From contig CAXGWS010000001.1 of assembly GCA_964013535.1 (NCBI GenBank), positions 128,861 through 192,860 of the forward strand: a stretch of DNA of 64,000 bases, read 5' to 3'. This DNA is from an uncultured Candidatus Poseidoniales archaeon (GTDB lineage: Archaea; Thermoplasmatota; Poseidoniia; Poseidoniales; Poseidoniaceae). This document shows, one piece after another, positions 10,236-18,510 of the stretch. A model generated the notes under the pieces. That model ran no database searches. It was not told the origin of the DNA and saw nothing but the letters and a program-made list of their open reading frames with translations. The position numbers were made by a program, and so were the translations under genes. Numbering within the stretch: the stretch's first letter is position 1; every line of letters begins with the position of its first letter.

Positions 10236-13200
10236 ATGACAAGACCGTTCACCTTGGTAACGTTGATGATACTTACCGCTCTCCTTACACCATTCGTAAC
10301 CACGAGTGCTGTTGCCGAGGAAAGTACAGACATAGAAATTCTGCACACTGCGGTTAATCCAGCAAATAACAAGACTTACCACCTACTGAGTGAAGGTTCT
10401 TGGTCAGAGTCAGCGCAGGTTGCTCGAGCATTGGATGGTTTTCTAACAACTGTCAATGATGCTGATGAAAACCAGTGGATAGTCGATACGTTTGCCAACT
10501 ATGATGAACAAGCACGACATCTATGGATTGGCCTATCCGATTATCAAAATGAAGGTGACTATCGATGGCATGACGGCACCCCGTTTCATTACAGGAATTG
10601 GGGCGCTGACCAACCCTCAGAAATTGACTCGGAAAATTATGTCCACATTGCTGGAACGAATATGGGCAACATCATGCCAGGAACTTGGAATGATTTAGAC
10701 AATGACCCGCAGTATTTTCCAGTTTATGGCGTTGTTGAGGTGGGAGAAGCTGTGGATTATGCACTGAGATTTAATGGCAATGACAACTACGTAATAATCG
10801 ACGAAGATTTGCCGATTTTTACCAGTAACATCACAATTACAGCACGCATTAACTTGCCTGACACTACCGGAATAAACTTTATTTCTATGCTCGGCGATTA
10901 CGGATGGGGGCTTTATGTCAACGATGGCCAGATTGGTTACTCCAACCAATATTCAATCGCTCGTCACCCAACATCAAACCTCACTATTAACGAAAATGTG
11001 TGGACCGAAGTCTCCGTGCAAATTGAAGAAAATGTTGGAGGAACATTCCTAATCGATGGTCAAATTGCTGGAACAATAAGTGCTGAAGACTCGATTATTC
11101 CACAAGGTGATTTTGGTTCGAATGATTGCTATCAATCAACCGAAGACTGTGATGAGTTATTCATCGGAAAAATGGGTGCAGGATGTGATTGCAATTATTT
11201 CGGTGGGATGATTGACTTTGTAGCAATTACCAACCAAAACCATAACCTTAGTTGGCACTTCTTGGAAGGAGAAGGACCTCTAACTAATGATAATTCAGAC
11301 GCATATCAAGGTGAAATTGTCGGAGCAGCGTGGGTGATGCCAGACGGAACTATAGTGGCTCAAGCAATTCAGTTATTCTCCGACCAACCTGTTTTTGACA
11401 TCAGTGGGCAAGCCGGCGACCAGTTATTATTCTTCATTGAAATCGAGCCATATACAAAAGAACTCTACTTCAATGTATACAAAGAATACATTGATTGGGG
11501 AGATTACGAAGACCATCGATACGATGTTTACTTTGCTCACGACTACATACCAAGCATGTGGGAAAATGATGATTATATTTTAGATAATTACGACTACATG
11601 TGGAATGAATTCTACTGGCCTGAGGAAGGCATATTTTGGATGGTTATAGTACCATTAACTGACATTGAAGATTTGACAATTTACAGTTACGTTGAGATTG
11701 CTGACCCGCCGCCTTCACTTGACGAGATGACTGAATTGGTCAATGAGATCCCTATAACGGGGCAGAAAATTAATGCGGGCAGAGGCGCTCCTGATGAAGA
11801 CAGAGTGTTATATTATTACGTCAATGTTACTGAAAATCTTTCAGCATTGAATGTGAAGACCTACGGCGGAACGGGAAATATTGATTTAGCAATATCCGCG
11901 GTAACAGTACCCGACCCATTTGATTCCTTTTTCGGTTGGGAAGAACCGTGGTTTGACGATTGGGATGACTTTGGAGTCATTGGTGGAATCTTTGGTGGGG
12001 GATTCGACTCTGATTGGTCATCTGGTCCGGGCAACGAACATCAAGTAAATCTGTATAACTTGGAACCTGCCATTTACTTTGTCACCGCCTATACATATGG
12101 CAAAGCAAATGATTTCACTATTTCCGCTTCAATGTCTTTTGAACCACAGAACATAGAGCCAGAAGACGCAATTGAACTGAGCCCGGGAATTTCTTATGGT
12201 CCGCTAAGCGGTTATAATGGACTTAGTCAATACTTCAAAATCAATGTTCCTGATGGAGTAGAAAGGCTAGAAGTTGACCTCAACAATGGCTTCGGAGAGG
12301 CCTCACTGTTCATGAAACTCTCAGACTCTCCAACTACAAGCGATTTCACTCACAGCAGTAACAGTCCAGGAGCGGGTGATAAAATCGGTTTCAATGACCC
12401 TACTCCCGGAATGTGGTACATATTAATCGAGACGGAGTTTGTATTTGGTGATGTGGATATTACTGCATCATTTGAAGACAGATATGTTTGGCAGTATGAC
12501 GGAAACCCGATTCAGTTATTCAATCAAGAGGAACTATCTGGTATTGAAGCTCCCGCTGGTGAGACGCTGAGGTTCTTCGTTGAACTTGAAAAGCCCGGCA
12601 ATTACCTAATCATCCAAACCTATGGCGGTAATGGCGACCTAACTATGACTGCAACGGGCACTGTGATGACATTTGTTTTCGATGATTTCTTTGATTTCTT
12701 CGAAGAAAGTGGCAGACAGAGACCCGGAGATGATTTACAAGCCCAAACAGTGGTAGTGGATTCTGACGGATTTGACACATACCAAGAAATTTACCTCGAT
12801 CTTCCTGCTAACGGAGTATTTGACATTGTGCTCAACACTAATGACGGATTTAGTGATGTGAATATAGTAGCCAGTTGGGAATACTCCGACTTTATAGATC
12901 CAATTGACGACTCTGATGATGACGATATAGATTCGAAGGTCACGCAAGATTGTCGCAAGAGGGCCGAAACTGAAATGATGAGCAAAGATACAAACAGTGA
13001 TGGGGTTTTAGATAAAAACGAATTTTCTTCGTTACTTATTGGTGATGAAAAATTAGACTTCAATAAAGCTGACTTGAATCGAGACGGTGAAATCGAGTTC
13101 GCAGAAGTACTCCAAATATCGTGCTCTTGTGGTAACGAATTAGCATTAATTTTCGATCAACTATCACCAAATGGCAATGAAGTAGGAATTGAAAAATTAT

Positions 13201-13859
13201 CATCCCAAGCGTTCGAAAATAACTACGAATTTTTTGAAATTGATGCTAATTCAAATTTACAAATATCGCAGTCAGAAATTGATATACTAATCTTACTTTG
13301 TGAAACATCATTCGATGCTTTCGATGGAGACGGTGATGGTGTACCTGACAAAGATGACGCATTCCCAAACGACCCGGATGAATCTAAGGATACAGACGGT
13401 GACGGTGTTGGTGATAATGCTGACCTAGCCCCTTCTTTGTCAAATGACCTGATATATTCTGCAGGCGCGATACTAGCTATAGGGTTGCTAGCCATGTTAG
13501 TATTAGTTTCTAGGGGTTCGCGCAGTCGAGCAGAAAATGATACATGGAATTCCACAAAACAGTATAACATAGCTGAACAAATGTTGGGCATGCAAGACGG
13601 AACTGATAACATTGATGCCGTTGGAGTCTCAGTAAATGAGCAGCCATCTGCAATAACGAATTCTCAAGATGTAACTGCCATCCAACAACCACTGGTAGAG
13701 AACAATTTCTTTGATGAATTACTCAATGATTCTAATTCGCCACCTTCACAGTTGCTAGGGAATATCGACCATAGAGGTGTCGAAGTTATCGAATACCCCA
13801 TGGGCTCGGGTGAGAAATGGCAAAGAAATAATCACGCTGAGCCTTGGAAACGCCGCTAG
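10236..13859 (+). CDS. Large secreted, membrane-anchored mosaic adhesin (C-type lectin, LamG, about four PPC-like, EF-hand-like and TSP3 domains, TM helix, cytoplasmic tail)
   Basis: Signal peptide 'MTRPFTLVTLMILTALLTPFVTTSAVA'. CTLD pattern 'WIGLSDYQNEGDYRWHDGTPFHYRNWGADQPSE...GTWNDLDND'. LamG-like 'LRFNGNDNYVIID'. PPC-like 'YGGTGNIDLAIS' and 'YGGNGDLTMTAT'. 'DTNSDGVLDKNEF' and 'DLNRDGEIEFAEV'. TSP3 'DGDGVPDKDDAFPNDPDESKDTDGDGVGDNAD'. TM helix 'IYSAGAILAIGLLAMLVLV'. Confidence 0.8.
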   Translation: MTRPFTLVTLMILTALLTPFVTTSAVAEESTDIEILHTAVNPANNKTYHLLSEGSWSESAQVARALDGFLTTVNDADENQWIVDTFANYDEQARHLWIGLSDYQNEGDYRWHDGTPFHYRNWGADQPSEIDSENYVHIAGTNMGNIMPGTWNDLDNDPQYFPVYGVVEVGEAVDYALRFNGNDNYVIIDEDLPIFTSNITITARINLPDTTGINFISMLGDYGWGLYVNDGQIGYSNQYSIARHPTSNLTINENVWTEVSVQIEENVGGTFLIDGQIAGTISAEDSIIPQGDFGSNDCYQSTEDCDELFIGKMGAGCDCNYFGGMIDFVAITNQNHNLSWHFLEGEGPLTNDNSDAYQGEIVGAAWVMPDGTIVAQAIQLFSDQPVFDISGQAGDQLLFFIEIEPYTKELYFNVYKEYIDWGDYEDHRYDVYFAHDYIPSMWENDDYILDNYDYMWNEFYWPEEGIFWMVIVPLTDIEDLTIYSYVEIADPPPSLDEMTELVNEIPITGQKINAGRGAPDEDRVLYYYVNVTENLSALNVKTYGGTGNIDLAISAVTVPDPFDSFFGWEEPWFDDWDDFGVIGGIFGGGFDSDWSSGPGNEHQVNLYNLEPAIYFVTAYTYGKANDFTISASMSFEPQNIEPEDAIELSPGISYGPLSGYNGLSQYFKINVPDGVERLEVDLNNGFGEASLFMKLSDSPTTSDFTHSSNSPGAGDKIGFNDPTPGMWYILIETEFVFGDVDITASFEDRYVWQYDGNPIQLFNQEELSGIEAPAGETLRFFVELEKPGNYLIIQTYGGNGDLTMTATGTVMTFVFDDFFDFFEESGRQRPGDDLQAQTVVVDSDGFDTYQEIYLDLPANGVFDIVLNTNDGFSDVNIVASWEYSDFIDPIDDSDDDDIDSKVTQDCRKRAETEMMSKDTNSDGVLDKNEFSSLLIGDEKLDFNKADLNRDGEIEFAEVLQISCSCGNELALIFDQLSPNGNEVGIEKLSSQAFENNYEFFEIDANSNLQISQSEIDILILLCETSFDAFDGDGDGVPDKDDAFPNDPDESKDTDGDGVGDNADLAPSLSNDLIYSAGAILAIGLLAMLVLVSRGSRSRAENDTWNSTKQYNIAEQMLGMQDGTDNIDAVGVSVNEQPSAITNSQDVTAIQQPLVENNFFDELLNDSNSPPSQLLGNIDHRGVEVIEYPMGSGEKWQRNNHAEPWKRR

Positions 13860-14774
13860 TCATATTTTCTTCTTAGGCTGCATCAAACCAAGTGGTTTTA
13901 GTAAACGTACGATATGTCGGTGAAGTTCTGGTAGAATTTCGAACATGATTAATGCCATAAAGAACATGGCAAACAGTGACACGAAACGTGCCGCATAATT
14001 ATGTCCAAACTCAAAAACACTCATCCCATAAAACGACCATGTTGTATATGTCTGATGCATCCATATTAGACCAACATTCCTGAAAACATTGAGGATATGA
14101 ATAACAGGAATAGTAAACAAAATGGCTCTGATTCGACGTCGCCAGTCAAGATCTAAAACTGCTATAGCACCAATAAAAATCACCATCGATTGAAGAGCAG
14201 TGCATGCTAAAACAAAGTTAATGCCAATAAATGAACCATCTGCCATTACTAATTCAGTTTGAAATGGGAATTCACCTATTGTCTCGCTACTAAACCATCT
14301 ATTTCCATCCCAGTCATCCCATGTTACTTTACCAGCCGAAGTTTCGACCCAAGTCTCACCAAGATGGATATCACCTGTACCTGAAATTCGATAGAATAGC
14401 GCAACCTGAGAAGCAACAAACCATATTGCGATAACGTTTAACCAAGGAACATGTGAAATTAGCAGATATGGTCCACCTGCATAAGCCATAGCACCTCTTG
14501 CCCAATTTAGAGCGTTTCTTGTACGATTGTCCTTCGCATTATTCTCCCATATCGCTATTCCCAGTGTTATTGGTAAGGCGAGTAAGCTCATCACTGTCAA
14601 AACTAGGTCGCCTTTTTCTTGGTAATCCCAAGCACTGGAAAAGAAATACAAACCAACGAGAATCCATCCAAACTGTGCTAATTTAGCCGAGTTTCCTGCC
14701 CGTCGATGCCAAGACAAAGCCAAGGAAACTAAACCAACAGCGCCAATGATGGGCACTATAGAATCAGCCTCCAT
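13860..14774 (-). CDS. Archaeosortase (ArtA-like, exosortase/archaeosortase family)
   Basis: Polytopic membrane protein with ordered blocks 'FVLACTALQSMVIF' (Cys), 'IHILNVFRNVG' (Arg) and 'FEFGHNYAARF' (His). Start moved to ATG 14774 ('MEADSIVPIIG'); the longer ORF-track form overlaps the divergent neighbour. Confidence 0.7.
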   Translation of the reverse strand: MEADSIVPIIGAVGLVSLALSWHRRAGNSAKLAQFGWILVGLYFFSSAWDYQEKGDLVLTVMSLLALPITLGIAIWENNAKDNRTRNALNWARGAMAYAGGPYLLISHVPWLNVIAIWFVASQVALFYRISGTGDIHLGETWVETSAGKVTWDDWDGNRWFSSETIGEFPFQTELVMADGSFIGINFVLACTALQSMVIFIGAIAVLDLDWRRRIRAILFTIPVIHILNVFRNVGLIWMHQTYTTWSFYGMSVFEFGHNYAARFVSLFAMFFMALIMFEILPELHRHIVRLLKPLGLMQPKKKI

Positions 14775-14853
14775 GAATGCCCCAAACAGCGGCCAAACTT
14801 CAAAACTTGCATAGAATGCAAAAAAACTTGAACGGTTGATATTTCCCTTAACT

Positions 14854-15522
14854 ATGGAGGGAGCGGTAGTAGAGGTTTTGACAACCACTCCACAAGGTGG
14901 TTTTAATCCCAAACCTATTGCATTTCTCGACCGCGATGGCGTCATCAATATCGGTAGTCCAAATTACATCAATTCTCCTGATGAATTAGTACTGTTAGAA
15001 GGTGCTGCTGCGGCAATTGGAGAATTGAAGCGTAATGGATATCATATCTGTATCGTGACTAATCAATCGGCAATAAGTAGGGGGCTTTGGGGGCCAAAAC
15101 AGATAGAGAAAATCCACCAAAAAATGCAGGAAATGATACTTGAAATTGATAACGATGCGGTAATTGATTTGATTATAACCTGTCCTCACAGGCAAATGGA
15201 CCGATGTAACTGCAGGAAACCAATGCCGGGCATGCTATACCTCGGAGAATCTTACTTCCGGCATAATTTAGTGCTAAATAAAGGATTAAATATTGATGTT
15301 AAAATCCCCAACGAGGCAGTCAAAGTAAATTGGTGGAAAGATAAACCGCTGGCGAGCAACGAGCATGATTTGATTGTCGGGGATAGAAAAAGTGATCTTG
15401 GAGCAGGTTGGGCAAGAGGTATTAGATTGTTCAAAGTAAATCCAAATCTCGGACTGGCTCAGGTTGTTAGTCGAGCAATCAATCAACAAGATAAAGGAGA
15501 TAACTTTCAACCTGTTAGGTGA
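14854..15522 (+). CDS. HAD-IIIA phosphatase, D,D-heptose-1,7-bisphosphate / histidinol-phosphatase-like
   Basis: 'FLDRDGVIN', 'IVTNQSAISRG', Zn motif 'CPH..(7)..CNCRKPMPGM', 'VGDRKSD'. ATG at 14854 preferred over TTG at 14836. Confidence 0.7.
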   Translation: MEGAVVEVLTTTPQGGFNPKPIAFLDRDGVINIGSPNYINSPDELVLLEGAAAAIGELKRNGYHICIVTNQSAISRGLWGPKQIEKIHQKMQEMILEIDNDAVIDLIITCPHRQMDRCNCRKPMPGMLYLGESYFRHNLVLNKGLNIDVKIPNEAVKVNWWKDKPLASNEHDLIVGDRKSDLGAGWARGIRLFKVNPNLGLAQVVSRAINQQDKGDNFQPVR

Positions 15523-15527
15523 ACAAT

Positions 15528-16715
15528 ATGGGTTGGTTAGCACTGGATGATACCGACCATTTAGGTGGCGGTTGCACAACCTACTCTATGTTTGAACTGG
15601 TTAGAAATCTGCCGAGTGGATACACCATTGAAGAATATAGATTGGTAAGATTGTATCCCTTTGCCAGTCGGCGAACTAGAGGAAATGCAGCCGTGGCGGT
15701 AAAAATAGTTGGTAATGATTATGCCGAGTTACTTGGTTTCCTTGAACAATGGTGGATTGATAAACTTCTGCCATTGCAGGGAGAAATTACGGAATCAGAA
15801 CAATATAACCGACCACAAAGCCCCACTGACCCGGGAATGGTTTGGTTTCATGACCGCCCAGATGAAGAATTTTACTGGCAGTGCGTTCGGAATGAGGTTT
15901 CTGTGGAAAAGATTCCTACAGCCGATAAATCATGGGGTGGACACGGAAGAATTGGAGCCACTGCTGCTATTGCTTGGCCTGCAAGCTCTTACACTTTTGA
16001 AGCCATAAGTTGGAGAAAGCAAGATTCTGTAAATAAATCATCAAAAAGGCAGGTTGATTTGAACCTACTTGCAATCATAGATGAACATCCAGATAATTTT
16101 ATGTCCCGTGATTTGAGGTCAAACTCCGTTTTGATTTCACCACGCGGCAACTGTCCGGTGTTATTTGGTCTAAGGTCGAGAACTTATGAATCCGCAAAAA
16201 CCAGTTGTGAACAACTTTTACAATCACCAAACACTGAAGCAATAGAAGGTTATGTTGTGTTTAAAACAAACCAAGCTACTGACGATCACCTAAACGACGA
16301 TATGGATGGAACTGTCGATGAAATCCAGATAAAAAAAAGAGGTACCGTAAAAATAACATGCACAAATGGTCAAGACTTAATGGCATTTAGTGAATCAGGC
16401 GATATTAAGAATTTAGCACAATGGCTAAAGCCAGGAGATAAAATCCAGTTCAATGGTTTGACTAATGACGATGGCGCAATCCATTTGGAAAAATTACGAG
16501 TCATAAAATCAACACCCAACCAACGACGCCCGAAGTGTATTCCTTGTAATGTGACATTGAAATCAATGGGGAAAAATCAACCCCTTAGATGTCCACAGTG
16601 TCGAGAGAAATTTACCCAACGTTGGGAATATGTCAAGCGTGAGCCACCTTTTGAAGACTGGGTTCAGCCACCTGCAGACTCAAGGCGCCATCTGTCTATG
16701 CCCTTGACATGGTAA
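15528..16715 (+). CDS. tiaS: tRNA(Ile2) 2-agmatinylcytidine synthetase
   Basis: N-terminal 'GWLALDDTDHLGGGCTTY' (TiaS/DUF1743 signature) and C-terminal Zn ribbon 'CIPC...CPQC'. ATG at 15528; the track start 15519 is GTG and overlaps the upstream stop. Confidence 0.85.
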   Translation: MGWLALDDTDHLGGGCTTYSMFELVRNLPSGYTIEEYRLVRLYPFASRRTRGNAAVAVKIVGNDYAELLGFLEQWWIDKLLPLQGEITESEQYNRPQSPTDPGMVWFHDRPDEEFYWQCVRNEVSVEKIPTADKSWGGHGRIGATAAIAWPASSYTFEAISWRKQDSVNKSSKRQVDLNLLAIIDEHPDNFMSRDLRSNSVLISPRGNCPVLFGLRSRTYESAKTSCEQLLQSPNTEAIEGYVVFKTNQATDDHLNDDMDGTVDEIQIKKRGTVKITCTNGQDLMAFSESGDIKNLAQWLKPGDKIQFNGLTNDDGAIHLEKLRVIKSTPNQRRPKCIPCNVTLKSMGKNQPLRCPQCREKFTQRWEYVKREPPFEDWVQPPADSRRHLSMPLTW

Positions 16716-16775
16716 AGAGGATATTTGTTTTGATTGTTGGACAATTTACAAAAGCAAAATCAATTTAGCATTATC

Positions 16776-17021
16776 ATGGTTGATGAGTCCACAACAAAAA
16801 ACATCGCTTATGCAATATTTGCCCTTTCGTTTTTGGTAATGGTTTACTTTATTGCTAAGCAGGCACGCCAAAACAGAATCTCGGCTGTTGATAGTCACGC
16901 GCCAAAAATTGCTGGTTCAGATACTATCGGAGGATCGGCAAAAAACCCTCAACAATTCGATGAACCTGATGATGAGGCACTTGAAGAAATGGCAGACTTA
17001 TTGGGTGAGAATGAAGATTAA
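16776..17021 (+). CDS. Small single-pass membrane protein with acidic C-terminus (hypothetical)
   Basis: ATG at 16776; one TM helix 'IAYAIFALSFLVMVYFIA'; acidic tail 'FDEPDDEALEEMADLLGENED'. No recognisable family. Confidence 0.35.
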   Translation: MVDESTTKNIAYAIFALSFLVMVYFIAKQARQNRISAVDSHAPKIAGSDTIGGSAKNPQQFDEPDDEALEEMADLLGENED

Positions 17022-17611
17022 TCAATAATCTCTAAGCCGGATTCTACAATCTTTAATGTGTAAGAATCACCCGAGTAAGTTAGGTTTCGACGATTGCCAT
17101 CTTGGTGGCGACAAAGAGTCCACACCTCATAACCATCGTCAACAAAATGCTGTTCTGACCGAGCAAAGATATTACCTTCTCGAGCCCCACTAGCATCAAT
17201 CGTGCCTTTGCTAATCAGAAGCAAACGAATGTTTGAGTCGATAGATTTCCCCAGTTTACTCATCAATTCTAATTGTGATTTAGGTATCTTTCCACTCTTA
17301 TCACACCAATCATCGAGGACAACTAACTTAACAGACGGTAGCGTATTTGCCGCAGATATTATTGTATTGACGGCTTTGTCCAATGCCCCAGCAATCATCA
17401 TTGCGTGAAACCTAGACGATGCAACTGGTGATAGATGGCTGAATAATTGTGGAAATCTTTCCGGGTTGGGCATGTCTAACCCAATCCATAACACCCTTCC
17501 ACCTTCATCGATTATATCAGCAGACATATGCAGACCCAAAGTCGTACCGCCAACACTACCTTCGACAGCCAAGTGAACTCTGGTTGATTCAGACCGGTCG
17601 CGCCATCGCAT
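17018..17611 (-). CDS. RecA/KaiC-superfamily-like protein with degenerate P-loop (hypothetical)
   Basis: 'VEGSVGGTTLG' occupies the Walker A position but lacks the Lys; Walker-B-like 'KLVVLDDW'; ~197 aa from ATG 17611. Confidence 0.4.
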   Translation of the reverse strand: MRWRDRSESTRVHLAVEGSVGGTTLGLHMSADIIDEGGRVLWIGLDMPNPERFPQLFSHLSPVASSRFHAMMIAGALDKAVNTIISAANTLPSVKLVVLDDWCDKSGKIPKSQLELMSKLGKSIDSNIRLLLISKGTIDASGAREGNIFARSEQHFVDDGYEVWTLCRHQDGNRRNLTYSGDSYTLKIVESGLEIID

Positions 17612-17694
17612 GTTGTTAGTGGGATAACGATAGTGAATGACTATTTTGGTAAACAATAGTAACATTATTTGACCTATCGACTCTACGAACTGAC

Positions 17695-17937
17695 ATGGCT
17701 GAGGCGAAAAAGTCCGATGACGAGCCCGTGAATTTTACTGTACGGAAAGGAGAAAGGATACCCCGTAAACCACTTGGCCAATATGCTGAGGCCGACAGTT
17801 TCGCCCATGCGGTCTCAAGAGATGGATTTTGGAAAACTGCAATGAACGATGTTAACCAATTCGGCCCTATCTCGATGATGATATTATTGCTAATTATTGC
17901 CTCGGTAACTGGAACAATTCTACTATTATTGAGTTAA
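17695..17937 (+). CDS. Small tail-anchored membrane protein (hypothetical)
   Basis: ATG start; charged N-terminus and C-terminal TM helix 'ISMMILLLIIASVTGTILLLL'. Confidence 0.35.
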   Translation: MAEAKKSDDEPVNFTVRKGERIPRKPLGQYAEADSFAHAVSRDGFWKTAMNDVNQFGPISMMILLLIIASVTGTILLLLS

Positions 17938-18371
17938 TCACCTTTGAATTCTGATTCTATCGGTGCCATGGCAATCCTGATGAACAAAACTGCCAATATT
18001 GTGGAAACCAAGAAAAATATTCCAACATAATTCGAAATATTATACCACATCATACCAACTCCAATTAGTGAAAGATAAGCGACCAACTGGCACACTGCAG
18101 AAGCTCTGTCAAGACGATTTGTCATTTCCATGCTCAGTTTGCCATTATTTTCTAGCATGTAGGTGTAAATCAAAAAATAAATCCCTTGGAATGGCAACGT
18201 TGCCGCTATAATTGAAAGGGCGATTTCTCTAATTTGTTTAGGATCTGCCTCCTGTTCTATCCCTTGGAAGAGCATGACTGCTGTATTTGTGCCAAGCAAG
18301 GCTGCCATAATTGTCCAACGCTTATCTTGAGAAGAGGTTCGGCTTTCGACATTCACAGATTTATCGGACAT
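17934..18371 (-). CDS. Membrane protein, about 4 TM helices (hypothetical)
   Basis: ATG at 18371; four hydrophobic segments; its stop codon overlaps the stop of the convergent 17695-17937 gene. Confidence 0.45.
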   Translation of the reverse strand: MSDKSVNVESRTSSQDKRWTIMAALLGTNTAVMLFQGIEQEADPKQIREIALSIIAATLPFQGIYFLIYTYMLENNGKLSMEMTNRLDRASAVCQLVAYLSLIGVGMMWYNISNYVGIFFLVSTILAVLFIRIAMAPIESEFKGD

Positions 18372-18510
18372 GATGGGAGTTTAGCAAAATAGGGTTTCAA
18401 ATTTTTGTGTGTTGTGGAAATAATATCTTGATTTGTACTCTATTGTTTCGCTACCGAAAGGTCATCTAAATAATCGAAATGTTATAGGAGGTTGTCGAAG
18501 ACCACTGAAC

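Noticed and set aside
13300-13520. PGF-CTERM or a similar archaeosortase signal at the adhesin C-terminus
   Set aside because: I looked for a P-G-F or other short motif directly preceding a terminal TM helix and basic tail. The TM helix is preceded by 'DLAPSLSNDL' and followed by a tail of about 170 aa, so it is not a canonical signal.
13860-14948. Long form of the archaeosortase ORF (362 aa), and other N-terminal extensions in the ORF track that begin at TTG or GTG
   Set aside because: - The extensions overlap divergent neighbours or upstream stops, and they lack family-typical sequence.
- Internal ATGs coincide with conserved N-termini and SD-like motifs.
- This applies, for example, to 14836, 15519, 18433, 20613, 20619, 22168, 30230, 37665, 38822, 44907, 57464, 57179, 58746 and 59009.
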